Virus record (IMG/VR): IMGVR_UViG_3300036770_004917
Location: 22,044-86,043 of that record
Reading direction: 5' to 3' (one strand)
Source of the DNA: a virus
Length of the DNA stretch: 64,000 nt
The first letter of the stretch is position 1; each line of letters begins with the position of its first letter. A program made the position numbers and the translations under genes. The notes beneath the pieces are model-generated. The model was not told the origin of the DNA and searched no databases. It worked only from the letters and a program-made list of their open reading frames with translations. Below are positions 44,571-53,344 of the stretch, piece after piece.

Positions 44571-46496
44571 ATGGCCCGCATCACCGATGACTTCGTACGC
44601 TCTCATTCAGCACAAACACCCCCGTGGGGATTCAATGGAATGGGTGAAATTGTTTTCCTCCGCACCTATAGCCGCAAAAAAGAAAACGGCGATACAGAAA
44701 CTTGGGGAGAGACAATCCAGCGTGTCATCAATGGCGCAATTGATATTGGCGTTCCCTACACGCAAGATGAGGCTGAGCGCCTATTTGACCATCTTTACAA
44801 CTTGCGTTGTTCTTTCTCTGGTCGGTCCCTATGGCAACTCGGAACACCGCTTACTCAGAAGTTCTCAGGAACTAGCCTCAATAACTGCTATTTCGTAAAT
44901 ATTGAAGCCATTGAAGACTTTGAACTTCTCTTTGATTACCTAATGCTTGGAGGCGGAGTCGGCTTCTCTGTGGAGCGAGCAAAGATTCACGACCTCCCTA
45001 AGGTGAAGGGTGGCGTAGCAATCACCCACGAGCGTTCAAACGACGCAGACATCATCGTTCCAGATAGCCGTCAAGGATGGCGTCGTCTCCTTCACGCCGT
45101 ACTGAAGTCATACTTTGAGACTGGCAAGTCCTTCTCGTACTCAACGATTCTTATCCGTGAATACGGAGCACCCCTAAAGACATTCGGAGGAACCGCATCC
45201 GGCCCTGGCGCACTCATTGATGGCGTCGCCGACATTTGTAAAGTTCTGGAGAATCGCGTTGGCAAGAAGTTGCGTTCAATTGACGTTCTGGATATTTGCA
45301 ACATCATTGGTCGCATTGTCGTATCTGGCTCTTCTCGCCGTTCGGCGCAGATTGCCATTGGTGACCCCGACGACGTTCTATTCCTTCGCGCCAAGAACTG
45401 GGGAACGGGCAATATCCCCGCATGGCGAGCCAACTCCAACAACAGCATTTATGCTGATGCATACGAGGAGATTCTCCCCGAATTGTGGCGTGGTTATGAC
45501 GGTAGCGGTGAGCCATATGGTCTCGTCAACCGTCGCCTTGCCCGTAAGTATGGACGCATTGGGCAGTCAAAGCCAGACCCTACGATTGAGGGCTATAACC
45601 CATGCGCCGAGATTGCTCTGGGTGACGGTGAGTCATGCAACCTATCAACAATCTTTCTGCCGAACGTGGAATCATTGAAGCAGTTCAAGGATATCTCGTA
45701 CCTCCTATACAAGACGCAGAAGCAAATCACTCGTATGAACTACCCATACGAAAAGACCACGAAGATTGTTCAGAAGAATGCCCGTCTTGGTCAGTCAATT
45801 ACTGGCATTCTTCAATGCCCTTCTGACAAGATTGCTTGGCTGTCGCCTGCATACGAATACCTGGAAGCGCTGGATAAGGAGTATTCCGCAGAACACGGAA
45901 TGCCAACATCGGTGCGCCTGACAACCGTACAGCCCTCCGGAACACTCTCCTTGCTGCCAGGAGTAACTCCAGGTATTCACCCAGCATTTGCTCAGTATTA
46001 CATTCGTCGTGTTCGCTTCGGCTCGTCCGACCCATTGGTAGATGCCTGCCGTAAGCGTGGCTACAAGGTTCAGTACGATGTCGGCATTGACGGCAGGGAA
46101 GACCACACACGCTTTGTTGTTGAGTTCCCATGCGAGTCGCCTGAGGGTTCTGTTCTCGCCAAGGACATGACTGCGGTTGCTCAGTTGGAGTGGGTCAAGA
46201 AGATGCAGACCGAGTGGGCAGACAATGCTGTCTCCGTAACGGTTTACTACCGCAAGGAAGAACTTTCAGAAATCAAGGAATGGCTGTCAAAGAACTACGA
46301 CGATGCCGTGAAGTCTGTTTCGTTCCTCCTTCATTCGGACCACAACTTCCCGCTTCCCCCCTATGAGGAAATCAGCAAGGAAGCATATGAGAAGATGCTG
46401 GACAAGATTGATTTCACCATTCCAATTCACAGACCAGCATTTGATGGTGCGGTGGAACTTGATGACTGCGCTACTGGGGCTTGCCCAATCAAGTAG
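44571..46496 (+). CDS. nrdJ: Class II (adenosylcobalamin-dependent) ribonucleotide reductase
   Basis: RTYSR, SLNNC, LMLGGGVGFSV, RRSAQIAIG, catalytic NPCAEI, TTVQPSGT and C-terminal CATGACPIK. Confidence 0.93.
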   Translation: MARITDDFVRSHSAQTPPWGFNGMGEIVFLRTYSRKKENGDTETWGETIQRVINGAIDIGVPYTQDEAERLFDHLYNLRCSFSGRSLWQLGTPLTQKFSGTSLNNCYFVNIEAIEDFELLFDYLMLGGGVGFSVERAKIHDLPKVKGGVAITHERSNDADIIVPDSRQGWRRLLHAVLKSYFETGKSFSYSTILIREYGAPLKTFGGTASGPGALIDGVADICKVLENRVGKKLRSIDVLDICNIIGRIVVSGSSRRSAQIAIGDPDDVLFLRAKNWGTGNIPAWRANSNNSIYADAYEEILPELWRGYDGSGEPYGLVNRRLARKYGRIGQSKPDPTIEGYNPCAEIALGDGESCNLSTIFLPNVESLKQFKDISYLLYKTQKQITRMNYPYEKTTKIVQKNARLGQSITGILQCPSDKIAWLSPAYEYLEALDKEYSAEHGMPTSVRLTTVQPSGTLSLLPGVTPGIHPAFAQYYIRRVRFGSSDPLVDACRKRGYKVQYDVGIDGREDHTRFVVEFPCESPEGSVLAKDMTAVAQLEWVKKMQTEWADNAVSVTVYYRKEELSEIKEWLSKNYDDAVKSVSFLLHSDHNFPLPPYEEISKEAYEKMLDKIDFTIPIHRPAFDGAVELDDCATGACPIK

Positions 46497-46505
46497 TCTT
46501 AAAGC

Positions 46506-46751
46506 ATGGCAATAGTTCATGTAAATAGCAACACGATTCGTTCAAACCGAAAAAACCAAGCACAAACCCCACCGCTGAGCGTGCGAAAAACACGCAGCGC
46601 AAAGGCCCAGTATTGTGATGGTGTTGATATTTTTGACAGCGTTGGCAATGTTGTTGCCCGCGTTGTTTATCAACCTAGTACGCCATTGTCATGTGGCGCT
46701 CAGGTTTGGATTGAAACTGTCTACGATGTAGGAGTCCAGGATGAGCAGTGA
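46506..46751 (+). CDS. Phage hypothetical protein
   Basis: IVHVN...VVYQP..PLSCGAQVWIET, a motif I recall from small phage proteins. Confidence 0.7.
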   Translation: MAIVHVNSNTIRSNRKNQAQTPPLSVRKTRSAKAQYCDGVDIFDSVGNVVARVVYQPSTPLSCGAQVWIETVYDVGVQDEQ

Positions 46752-46977
46752 TGCCGAGTATGTTCTTAGCGGATTGCGCAGGGAATATGAATCGCTATCC
46801 AACGATGTATTTGCGCTCAGGAACGATGTTTACTTTCTTACCCAGCAATTGCAAAAAGAAATTACCTTCAGCGAAAAACTGATTTCGGTAATACAAAACA
46901 GCATGCCCCATGGGGTTAGTAAGGACATACTGGACGCGATAATGCTTGAATTCGGAAGAGCGAAGAATACTCCATGA
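46741..46977 (+). CDS. Hypothetical protein
   Basis: 78 aa with an AGGAG RBS. Confidence 0.6.
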   Translation: MSSDAEYVLSGLRREYESLSNDVFALRNDVYFLTQQLQKEITFSEKLISVIQNSMPHGVSKDILDAIMLEFGRAKNTP

Positions 46978-47330
46978 CGCCTGGGACAGGAAAATTCTTT
47001 CCCAATAGCAATAAACGGCATGAACAGGCAAGCGATGTTGTCGCTGAACTTCGTGATTGGGCTGAAATCATCGACCGGGTCAACGATTCTGGCACTGCCG
47101 CAGTAACGATGATTAGCGGTGCTGTTCATCGCGAAGCGGCTGACGAGATTGAGCGCCTTCAGGATGAGCGGGATAACTGGAAAAAGGTTGCAGAACTATT
47201 CAGTAACGCCTACACTACTGACGAGTCGGGCCAGTTTGCAATCTCCAATGGCTCCGATTTGTTTAGGGCGGTAATGGCGTATGAGAGGGCTTTGCGCGAT
47301 GAGCGAAATGAGTTTCCAGGAAAAACTTGA
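46974..47330 (+). CDS. EAADEIERL-motif protein (array member)
   Basis: ATGA coupling; contains SDVVAELR...EAADEIERLQ. Confidence 0.7.
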   Translation: MTPGTGKFFPNSNKRHEQASDVVAELRDWAEIIDRVNDSGTAAVTMISGAVHREAADEIERLQDERDNWKKVAELFSNAYTTDESGQFAISNGSDLFRAVMAYERALRDERNEFPGKT

Positions 47331-47592
47331 GGAAATTTGGCGTCTTTTAGCCGAGGCATACGAGCACTATTTCTCATACGAATCGCACTGCAAGTCCGAT
47401 GAGGGTGCTGTTTCTGTGAACTACCCAACATTCTTTGAAATGCGTGATGGCAAGACCGAGCCAACAGTGTCTGTCTACTCATACTGCCTTGGTCCAAATC
47501 GCAATCATTATTTCTCAAATATTGATGAGGCCTTGACAGAAGTCCGTAAATGGCATAAAAAGGAAATGGAATATGTTCCGACAGAAGAGTGA
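47299..47592 (+). CDS. Hypothetical protein
   Basis: About 97 aa, start uncertain; lacks the array motifs. Confidence 0.65.
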   Translation: MSEMSFQEKLEEIWRLLAEAYEHYFSYESHCKSDEGAVSVNYPTFFEMRDGKTEPTVSVYSYCLGPNRNHYFSNIDEALTEVRKWHKKEMEYVPTEE

Positions 47593-47854
47593 TGACATCG
47601 TGACCCGACTACTGGATTTCACCCCGTTGAATGACGCTGACCTAGCGAGACTCATGCTGGAAGCCGCCGACGAGATTGAGCGACTGCGAGCCGAGGTCGT
47701 TTCTATCCATACGGCGACACATCAAGCGATGTGGTTAGACACCATTATCCCCATTGCCGAAGCGTGCGGTGTCGGCGTTTCAGATGAAGATGGCTACCCA
47801 CGCCACCAATTCCAAATGGTAGAAGAAATCATAAAGGCGGTGCGTGGTGAGTGA
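47573..47854 (+). CDS. SDDIV/EAADEIERLR array protein
   Basis: SDDIVTRL...EAADEIERLRAE...AVRGE*. Confidence 0.7.
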   Translation: MFRQKSDDIVTRLLDFTPLNDADLARLMLEAADEIERLRAEVVSIHTATHQAMWLDTIIPIAEACGVGVSDEDGYPRHQFQMVEEIIKAVRGE

Positions 47855-48047
47855 CGACTGGGTAGACGACTTGATTGAAGAAAAGCACAAGTTGGAAATA
47901 GAAGTCAGCCGCAAATATGACGAGATTCAACGACTGCGTGAAGCAGGCGACTGGATGTGGGAAGCCATGTCACGCCACGACAACACCAGAGAATGCCCAC
48001 AATGCCAAGACATGATTCGACTATGGAAAGAGGTGCGTGGTGAGTGA
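47844..48047 (+). CDS. SDD/DEIQRLR array protein
   Basis: SDDWV...DEIQRLREAG...EVRGE*. Confidence 0.7.
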   Translation: MVSDDWVDDLIEEKHKLEIEVSRKYDEIQRLREAGDWMWEAMSRHDNTRECPQCQDMIRLWKEVRGE

Positions 48048-48333
48048 CGACATCGTGACCCGACCGTGTTGCGATGTTCGCCCGTGTGGTTGCGCCGATG
48101 CGCGCATGGTGATTGACCATCTGCACGCCGAGATTGAACGACTGCGTGCCGAGAATCAGCGTCTGAAGGAAGCACGGTTTGACCTTCAAGCGTCCGACTT
48201 CCATTGCTGGGTCTGTGCGGATTTTCTCCCTACCGCACGGCGACCAACCGACATTCATCGACTCAAAGAGGAAGAGAAGTCTGTGCCTGAAGAGTATGAA
48301 GTATTTGAGCACAAGGAAGGCGGTGAATGGTGA
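48037..48333 (+). CDS. SDDIV/EIERLR array protein
   Basis: SDDIVTR...AEIERLRAE...GGEW*. Confidence 0.7.
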   Translation: MVSDDIVTRPCCDVRPCGCADARMVIDHLHAEIERLRAENQRLKEARFDLQASDFHCWVCADFLPTARRPTDIHRLKEEEKSVPEEYEVFEHKEGGEW

Positions 48334-48527
48334 TTGACGACATCATGACCCGACTGAAAGAAATGCTCGACGGACCCGTGCCATTCGTTATCGGCAGAGA
48401 GGACATCCGAGAAGCAGCCGACGAGATTGAACGACTGCGTAAAGCAGGCGATGCCCTCGCTCATGGTATTCGTACAGGACAATGGGATGATGCGCTAGAC
48501 GCATGGACGGAGGTACGTGGTGAGTGA
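48327..48527 (+). CDS. IDDIM/EAADEIERLR array protein
   Basis: IDDIMTRL...EAADEIERLRKAG...EVRGE*. Confidence 0.7.
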   Translation: MVIDDIMTRLKEMLDGPVPFVIGREDIREAADEIERLRKAGDALAHGIRTGQWDDALDAWTEVRGE

Positions 48528-48774
48528 CGACATCGTGGCCCAAATAGGGGTGGAACTGTCATGGATTGAAAAACATGGCACGGAGGCATTGAACAATTCA
48601 GACCATGCCGCCCTGCTGGTTGCGTTGCGTGACGAGATTGAACGACTACGAGCAGAAGTCAACCTTTGGATGGGTGCTGCCGAACGATTCGCGGAGTCCG
48701 ACCCCAAGTTTGAGGCGTTTGGGTTCTATTTCCGTGCGAGAGCAAAGGCAGGTCTTGATGCGCCGAACAGTTGA
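48517..48774 (+). CDS. SDDIV/DEIERLR array protein
   Basis: SDDIVAQ...RDEIERLRAE. Confidence 0.7.
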   Translation: MVSDDIVAQIGVELSWIEKHGTEALNNSDHAALLVALRDEIERLRAEVNLWMGAAERFAESDPKFEAFGFYFRARAKAGLDAPNS

Positions 48775-48958
48775 TGACGGATACAGCGAGACGGAGTGCT
48801 GCGCTCGCATCGACTGCGACCTTGAGGTAGTGCGCCCGGGCAAGGTCCAATGCCGTGGAGAATATGACTCATTAGGCTGTCCTCACACGGTCGAAGAACT
48901 TGTCAGCACAATGAACAAGACCATCAAAAACATACCAAAGGGGGCACACAATGATTGA
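48758..48958 (+). CDS. Small Cys-containing hypothetical protein
   Basis: ATG 48758: MRRTVDDG...CDLEVVRPGKVQC. Confidence 0.55.
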   Translation: MRRTVDDGYSETECCARIDCDLEVVRPGKVQCRGEYDSLGCPHTVEELVSTMNKTIKNIPKGAHND

Positions 48959-49022
48959 CGTAATAATTATGTTCACAGCATTTTTCATTGGCTATATTAT
49001 TGCAAAAACAGAGAACAGATGA
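48951..49022 (+). CDS. 23-aa hydrophobic peptide
   Basis: AAAGGGGG RBS; MIDVIIMFTAFFIGYIIAKTENR*. Confidence 0.45.
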   Translation: MIDVIIMFTAFFIGYIIAKTENR

Positions 49023-49053
49023 AGCGATTGATGCTATTGTCAATCGCCGTCAA

Positions 49054-49129
49054 TGGCGAGTAATTCAGTGGATAGAATAGCGGTTTCCTAAACCGTCTGC
49101 CGCAGGTTCGAATCCTGCCTCGCCAGCCA
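49054..49129 (+). tRNA. tRNA-Arg(CCU) with encoded CCA
   Basis: TGGCGAG/CTCGCCA-G-CCA; D-arm ATTC..GAAT; anticodon arm GCGGT-TTCCTAA-ACCGT; T-arm GCAGG-TTCGAAT-CCTGC. Confidence 0.95.
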
Positions 49130-49146
49130 CCCAACAAGGAGAAAAC

Positions 49147-49314
49147 ATGCCATACGGACATGATTCAGCAGTAGAAGCAAATCGTCGCCTAGAGGCTTCC
49201 CGGAATGCTTGGCAAGCCGGTGAACCAACTCGCGAAATGCATCAAACAGTCAAGGAAATTAAGGTTCTTCTCACGGAGATTCTTGAAATTCTTCGCGCCG
49301 ACAAGAAATCATAG
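49147..49314 (+). CDS. Hypothetical protein (55 aa)
   Basis: AAGGAG RBS; MPYGHDSAVEANRRL...RADKKS*. Confidence 0.65.
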   Translation: MPYGHDSAVEANRRLEASRNAWQAGEPTREMHQTVKEIKVLLTEILEILRADKKS

Positions 49315-49323
49315 TTTTCAACA

Positions 49324-49539
49324 ATGGCGCATACTGACGACATTGACAAAATTCGCTATGAATCCACAATTGAACGAATCATAAGGTTCAAGCAAGTGGA
49401 GTGCGATGGCGTTACTAAATACTCCAAAGAAACGCCAATGGAGTTTATCTGGCCAGAGGGCGACCCAGTTCCCAGGGATAGAGAAACCCTTGTTCAGTTC
49501 ATAACAAAAGAAGAATACGAAAATGGAATTCAAAGTTGA
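49324..49539 (+). CDS. Hypothetical protein
   Basis: 71-aa ORF in an operon. Confidence 0.55.
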   Translation: MAHTDDIDKIRYESTIERIIRFKQVECDGVTKYSKETPMEFIWPEGDPVPRDRETLVQFITKEEYENGIQS

Positions 49540-49738
49540 GGACATGCTCGCTCGCTTTAAAGAGCGTGCGGATGCAGTAAAGAAACGACCACTACCACCC
49601 GTGGCCGGTCCTGAACGAACACATTTCGTGAATCAAGCACAAATTGACTTCCAAGACTTTGCAATGATTGGTGACTGCGAAGCAACTCTTGAGGATGGGA
49701 TACTTATTCTCAAGTTGAATCTACGTAAGAAGGATTGA
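49523..49738 (+). CDS. Small protein (RFKERADAVKKRPLPPVAG motif), possibly host-derived
   Basis: 71 aa; the motif recalls small actinobacterial proteins (unverified recollection). Confidence 0.65.
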   Translation: MEFKVEDMLARFKERADAVKKRPLPPVAGPERTHFVNQAQIDFQDFAMIGDCEATLEDGILILKLNLRKKD

Positions 49739-49739
49739 C

Positions 49740-50105
49740 ATGGAATATCCAGAGTTTTTGCAGCCGGTCCTTGCACGCATCAACCCAGATTATGGCGTCG
49801 TAATATCCTGTGAATCTGGCTGGTGGACACTCATTTCCAACTGCGATAAAGAATTATCTGCGATTGACCCCGACTATACAATTTTTCAAATCAAAGAAAA
49901 GTTTGGCGGACTTCGCTACTACTACTCGCCATCAAATCCAGACAATGGCACCCAGATGGATGAAATTGTCCGGAAATACGAAAAAATTTGCTCAATGACC
50001 TGCGAGGTCACCGGAAAGCACGGCTACTTCATGAAGAAGGATTTTCGGTATAGAACACTACATGAGTCGTACATCGAGCAGGGGTGGGCTAAGGTAGACC
50101 AATGA
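49740..50105 (+). CDS. Phage protein with GW...QIKEKFGGLRYY...TCE motif
   Basis: Recognisable motif of a widespread small phage protein family. Confidence 0.75.
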   Translation: MEYPEFLQPVLARINPDYGVVISCESGWWTLISNCDKELSAIDPDYTIFQIKEKFGGLRYYYSPSNPDNGTQMDEIVRKYEKICSMTCEVTGKHGYFMKKDFRYRTLHESYIEQGWAKVDQ

Positions 50106-51238
50106 CCCGCCAACGCATGTTCTTAGATATCTCTTGCGTGGAGGCTGCTAGGCAAAGAATTCGTCACGTCTACGACACCTTTGACTCCGTATGTGTTCAA
50201 TTTTCTGGTGGCAAAGATTCTTCGGCAGTTCTTTATTTAGCCAAGGAAATTCACGAGGAACGTGGACTTGGTCCGGTTAAGGTCATCTTTCGTGATGAGG
50301 AATTTGTTAGCCCAGCAGTAGAACGGTACGTAGAGTACATCCGAGGCCTGGATTGGGTCGACATGGAGTGGTACTGCATGCCTCAGGGTCTGGAGGTATG
50401 GGCACTAGGTCGCAGACTTGATGAGATGATTTGGTCTGGAGACAGAATTGTTAGCAATCGCCTTTTCAGGCCAATCCCAGAGAACGCAATAACGGCATAC
50501 CACTTCGGTTTAGACCACTTTTCGCCAATCCCTGAACATATTGACTACTACACAACCGCTGGCAAGCGAGGAAATATTGCTTTCATTACCGGAGTCCGTG
50601 CAGCGGAATCAATGGTTCGGTATAGGTCAGTTGTCCAAAAACTGAATGAGAACTACATCGTTACTCCATTCAAGTCAAAAAAGGGATTGCCAGTTAAGTT
50701 TGCAAAAATTATTTACGACTGGCAGATTAATGATGTTTTTAAGTTCCTCTCCGAGGAGCACAATGCCCCATACTGCGAGTATTACGACCTAGCAACATTG
50801 ACAGGCTCCAATAATCGTGTTGGGCATCCACTTCATAGCGTTGCTGCGAGGCGCATTGGTGACGTTATTGCCACAGAGCCAGACTTCTATGACCGCCTAT
50901 ATGACGTTTTTCCAATTATTGATGCCCAGCGCCGTTGGTGGCCAGATTTTGATGTCGAAAAGTTGATAGCCACAACTGCCGCAAAAGGCTGGGATGGCGT
51001 AATGCCGTTTATTAAGCAGTTCTGCTGGGGGCAAGATACTGCCCAGCGTGCAAAAGCATTTGCTGCAGAATTTAGGCAAAAGCACGCCAAGGACCCGTAT
51101 TCGTATCCACTCGAATGGCTTATTCGCACAATATTCATGCACGCGCTATGGGGTCATACGGTCACACCCGTAGGACCAAAGACGAGAGCACACACTGTTC
51201 GCCAAGCCGCAATGCAACAAATGGAAGAGGACTCGTAA
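50102..51238 (+). CDS. PAPS-reductase/PP-loop family protein (IbrA/YbdN-like)
   Basis: AARQRI...CVQFSGGKDS, FRDEE, GVRAAESMVR and IYDW motifs. Confidence 0.85.
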   Translation: MTRQRMFLDISCVEAARQRIRHVYDTFDSVCVQFSGGKDSSAVLYLAKEIHEERGLGPVKVIFRDEEFVSPAVERYVEYIRGLDWVDMEWYCMPQGLEVWALGRRLDEMIWSGDRIVSNRLFRPIPENAITAYHFGLDHFSPIPEHIDYYTTAGKRGNIAFITGVRAAESMVRYRSVVQKLNENYIVTPFKSKKGLPVKFAKIIYDWQINDVFKFLSEEHNAPYCEYYDLATLTGSNNRVGHPLHSVAARRIGDVIATEPDFYDRLYDVFPIIDAQRRWWPDFDVEKLIATTAAKGWDGVMPFIKQFCWGQDTAQRAKAFAAEFRQKHAKDPYSYPLEWLIRTIFMHALWGHTVTPVGPKTRAHTVRQAAMQQMEEDS

Positions 51239-51792
51239 TGGACATCGCCAATGTCAATGTCAATGAATTGATTGAACCAAAGTGGAATGCTACGCATATC
51301 CTGAGGCCAGACCTGCTGGTCTTAGCAGACTCAATCGGACAGAATGGCATCTTGACGCCACTTATTGTTCAGAAAAGTGGTCGCTTGGTCATTGATGGAA
51401 CCCAGCGTCTTCGTCTAATTATGGGCAATAAGCACCTTATGGAGGCAACGGGTGGGGTTGTGCCAGTGAATTGGGTCGACGTTGATGAACTTGACGCAAT
51501 GGTCATGCATGTTCAATTGAATCGTGGCAAGGGGAGTATGGTCGCCAAGAAACTTTCTAGCATTGTCAGGACGCTTTCAATGACTACGAAGTTTTCTGAA
51601 GAGGATTTTGTAAGACATTTTGCTATGAAGCCACTAGAACTTGAACTAATGCTGGATGCCACAATCATCAAGCATCGTGATATCAAAAACCACACATATT
51701 CACGTGCATGGGTTCCCGTGGAGGCCCCACCCGGAACCATTGAAAAAGCAGGCTCGATAGTCATTGAGGCACCACCAAATAGCGACAGGTAG
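51238..51792 (+). CDS. ParB-like protein (IbrB/YbdM-like)
   Basis: TAATG coupling; WNA...LADSIGQNGILTPLIV...VIDGTQR...HVQLNRGKG. Confidence 0.8.
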   Translation: MDIANVNVNELIEPKWNATHILRPDLLVLADSIGQNGILTPLIVQKSGRLVIDGTQRLRLIMGNKHLMEATGGVVPVNWVDVDELDAMVMHVQLNRGKGSMVAKKLSSIVRTLSMTTKFSEEDFVRHFAMKPLELELMLDATIIKHRDIKNHTYSRAWVPVEAPPGTIEKAGSIVIEAPPNSDR

Positions 51793-51815
51793 TTCTCTAG
51801 CCACACATTAGTCGC

Positions 51816-51824
51816 TGGTATACT
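51816..51824 (+). promoter_or_regulatory. Extended -10 promoter of the neck/tail operon
   Basis: TG-G-TATACT about 30 nt upstream of ATG 51855. Confidence 0.55.
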
Positions 51825-51854
51825 CGGGGTGTACGTTCTCATCTTGGAGGGAAA

Positions 51855-52001
51855 ATGCCCGAGACTAATCGACTACGCAGAGCGCTCAATCGTGCCACAG
51901 GGCGAGTCAGGGATGTTGGCGCCAGAATCGCCGACCGTCTCCGTCGTGGTCGTGCAGCCAGACGGGCGGTTCGAGGCGGGCGACGCACTCCAGGACGCTG
52001 A
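51855..52001 (+). CDS. 48-aa arginine-rich (protamine-like) peptide
   Basis: GGAGG RBS; MPETNRLRRALNRATGRVRDVGARIADRLRRGRAARRAVRGGRRTPGR* (17 of 48 residues Arg). Below the ORF-track size cut-off. Confidence 0.75.
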   Translation: MPETNRLRRALNRATGRVRDVGARIADRLRRGRAARRAVRGGRRTPGR

Positions 52002-52027
52002 AATATCAAATAAATCGGAGGTGACCC

Positions 52028-52888
52028 ATGCTGGTCTCAGTCAATGACCTCGTCACCTACATGGACATCACATTCAGCCTGCGTCAACGTGATGCGGCAG
52101 AGTTTGTTCTTGAGGGGCTTCAGAGTGAATTAGAAGCCTATCTTGGTAGACCCATAGAAGTTCAGGAATTTACCGAACAATACGTATTGCCGTACGAGCA
52201 CGTGGGCATGCCTACGTCTTCGTTTTTCTACAATACGTCACTTGATACGACTATGAATCCATTGACGTACTCGCAACCATCGCCAACAATTTATCTTCGC
52301 AACTCACCGGTAACGAAGGTCAATTATGTGAAAATTATAAATACATCAACGTCCGGCCTATACATGGCAGAAGCCATAGACAGGCGGGCTACCGTGACAA
52401 ATGCCGTTAAGTCGGGCACGAACGTCACATACACCGCGGCGGGCCATGGGTTCACCAGGGGCCAGCACGTAACAGTTGCTGGGATTACTCCAACTGGTTA
52501 CAACATAGTTGACCGAGAAATAACAAGCGTTACCTCATCGACTTTTACTGTTGGTGGGTTTACGGAGAACATTGCCGCCTTTTCTTCTGGCGGTACGGCG
52601 GACGCATTTGGTTACGACTACACGGTGCGACGATACGGGGTTGATGTTTACCGTGGATTTGCTAATGACATTTTTGAAATTTCGTACAATGCTGGCCTTG
52701 ATGGGGCGAGTATTCCTGTTTTTAAACTGCTGATTCTCCGTGCTGCAACTCGCGAAATGCAAAACATGCATGACGATGTTGTGGGCATCAAAGACCTTGA
52801 ACCACGAAATGTTGCGCCGATGGAGACTGGATTCACTGAACGTGAATTAATGTCGGTCAAGAGCCACAAGCGGGTAAGGGTTTCCTAA
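52028..52888 (+). CDS. Head-tail connector/adaptor with inserted beta-domain
   Basis: MLVSVNDLVTYM...LEAYLGR...SPV...YNAG adaptor pattern; GGAGG RBS; position before the tail genes. Confidence 0.7.
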   Translation: MLVSVNDLVTYMDITFSLRQRDAAEFVLEGLQSELEAYLGRPIEVQEFTEQYVLPYEHVGMPTSSFFYNTSLDTTMNPLTYSQPSPTIYLRNSPVTKVNYVKIINTSTSGLYMAEAIDRRATVTNAVKSGTNVTYTAAGHGFTRGQHVTVAGITPTGYNIVDREITSVTSSTFTVGGFTENIAAFSSGGTADAFGYDYTVRRYGVDVYRGFANDIFEISYNAGLDGASIPVFKLLILRAATREMQNMHDDVVGIKDLEPRNVAPMETGFTERELMSVKSHKRVRVS

Positions 52889-53337
52889 TGCCAAAAATTG
52901 ACCTCAAAGTCAGATTCATCGATAACGACATCCCTGACGAAATCGAAAAAATCAAAGATAATTTAGATGACTTCGGTCCAGTTTTTGAAGAAGCCAAAGA
53001 GGATTTAAGAACGCTGTGGAAAAACAACTTCCTACAAAATGGGCTACCCGCCGGAGGATGGAAACCCCTTGATGCGGAGTACGGCTCCTGGAAATCTGTA
53101 AATTTCCCAGGAAGAGGGCCGATGATTCGCAGTGGAAAACTGTTTACCTCATTATCAGAATTGCGCGGAAACCCAAACAAAATTGACAAAAAAGAAGCAA
53201 CATTCGGAACAAATGTCAAATATGCAGAGTTCCATCAATCAGGAACACGAAACATGCCAGCACGACCAGTTGTATTTGTTACTGAGCGATATGAAAGAAA
53301 ATGGGCAGATTCCGCAGCAGAACACGCTGCTGGGTAG
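52888..53337 (+). CDS. Virion morphogenesis (Mu gpG/P2 gpS-like) neck protein
   Basis: F...G...GGWKPL...SGKL..SL...FGTNVKYAEFHQSGTRNMPARP. Confidence 0.85.
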   Translation: MPKIDLKVRFIDNDIPDEIEKIKDNLDDFGPVFEEAKEDLRTLWKNNFLQNGLPAGGWKPLDAEYGSWKSVNFPGRGPMIRSGKLFTSLSELRGNPNKIDKKEATFGTNVKYAEFHQSGTRNMPARPVVFVTERYERKWADSAAEHAAG

Positions 53338-53344
53338 GTGAAGC

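Larger units (their letters stand above)
47133..48660 (+). repeat. Two interleaved direct-repeat families bounding short genes
   Basis: Repeat A (G)GTGCGTGGTGAGTGACGACATCGTGACCCGAC at ~47589, 47839, 48030, 48322 and 48510. Repeat B GACGAGATTGAACGACTGCG at ~47142, 47669, 47919, 48127, 48420 and 48631. Confidence 0.9.

Noticed and set aside
47133-48660. Repeat-spacer pattern read as a CRISPR array
   Set aside because: There are two alternating degenerate repeat types, spacing is long and irregular, the repeats are in-frame coding, and there is no cas operon. The PD-(D/E)XK gene fits a recombination exonuclease.
51829-52047. 72-aa ORF in the track
   Set aside because: It starts only 4 nt after the -10 element and has no RBS; the overlapping Arg-rich ORF at 51855 has a strong GGAGG.
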